This document shows positions 54,611 through 55,118 of a stretch of 55,118 bases of DNA, piece by piece. The notes below the pieces were generated by a model. That model was given only the letters and a program-made list of their open reading frames with translations, was not told the DNA's origin and searched no databases. The translations under genes were made by a program, and so were the position numbers. The number at the start of each line of letters is the position of its first letter. Position 1 is the first letter of the stretch. Source of the DNA: a virus (taxonomy: Duplodnaviria; Heunggongvirae; Uroviricota; Caudoviricetes); IMG/VR virus record IMGVR_UViG_2563366941_000007, positions 1-55,118 of that record, one strand, 5' to 3'.

Positions 54611-54663
54611 TTTCTGGTGACGTTTGGCGGTATCAGTTTTACTCCGTGATTGCTCTGCCGCCC
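54611..54663 (+). ncRNA. dicF: DicF small regulatory RNA (ftsZ-targeting sRNA), followed by a T-run
   Basis: TTTCTGGTGACGTTTGGCGGTATCAGTTTTACTCCGTGATTGCTCTGCCGCCC matches recalled DicF with one mismatch; terminator T-run at 54664..54668. Confidence 0.85.
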
Positions 54664-54837
54664 TTTTTAAAGTGAATTTTGTGATGTGGTGAATGCGGCT
54701 GAGCGCACGCGGAACAGTTAAAACCAAAAACAGTGTTATGGGTGGATTCTCTGTATCCGGCGTTAATTGTTAACTGGTTAACGTCACCTGGAGGCACCAG
54801 GCACTGCATCACAAAATTCATTGTTGAGGACGCGATA

Positions 54838-55026
54838 ATGAAAACGTTATTACCAAACGTTAATACGTCTGAAGGTTGTTTTGAAATTGGTGTCACTATC
54901 AGTAACCCAGTATTTACTGAAGATGCCATTAACAAGAGAAAACAAGAACGGGAGCTATTAAATAAAATATGCATTGTTTCAATGCTGGCTCGTTTACGTC
55001 TGATGCCAAAAGGATGTGCACAATGA
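54838..55026 (+). CDS. dicB: Cell division inhibitor DicB
   Basis: 62-aa MKTLLPNVNTSEGCFEIGVTISNPVFTEDAINKRKQERELLNKICIVSMLARLRLMPKGCAQ. Confidence 0.95.
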   Translation: MKTLLPNVNTSEGCFEIGVTISNPVFTEDAINKRKQERELLNKICIVSMLARLRLMPKGCAQ

Positions 55027-55118
55027 ATTCAGCATTTGTGCTTGTTCTGACAGTTTTTCTTGTTTCCGGAGAGCCAGTTGATATTGCAGTCAGTGTTCAC
55101 AGGACAATGCAGGAGTGT
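55023..55118 (+). CDS. ydfD: YdfD, 5' portion (runs off the window end)
   Basis: MNSAFVLVLTVFLVSGEPVDIAVSVHRTMQEC...; ATGA overlap with the dicB stop. Confidence 0.8.
   Translation, partial: MNSAFVLVLTVFLVSGEPVDIAVSVHRTMQEC

Overview
The window is a lambdoid prophage of Enterobacteriaceae (E. coli/Shigella type), read in reverse orientation so that almost all phage genes lie on the minus strand. Right to left it contains a Qin-like early region (dicC/dicA-ydfA-ydfB-ydfC-dicF-dicB immunity locus, an O-like replication gene split by an IS629-like element, flxA, relBE, hokD, antiterminator quuQ, csp genes, essQ-ydfR-rrrQ-rzpQ lysis cassette), then cos, then an essentially lambda-type morphogenesis module (Nu1-A-W-B-C-D-E-FI-FII-Z-U-V-G-T-H-M-L-K-I-J-lom-stf-tfa) ending in an N-terminally truncated pin-type invertase. 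The main finding is that the major capsid gene E is split by an ~11.6 kb integrase-bearing, PICI/P4-like satellite element (17695..29301) flanked by a 10-bp direct repeat. The element carries int, alpA, an SF3-helicase replication initiator with an iteron origin, ssb, its own divergent E-like and D-like capsid genes, a lambda-like cos site with altered cosN, an IS1 copy, and two AT-rich cargo islands (DUF2971-like plus SWIM-zinc-finger proteins; a 322-aa membrane protein). The host prophage is decayed: E is interrupted, L is frameshifted by a 7-bp tandem duplication, C has an in-frame TGA, and a transposase and a methyltransferase carry in-frame stops. All identifications come from reading the sequence and recalled protein families; no database search was run, and lambda/K-12 comparisons are from memory.
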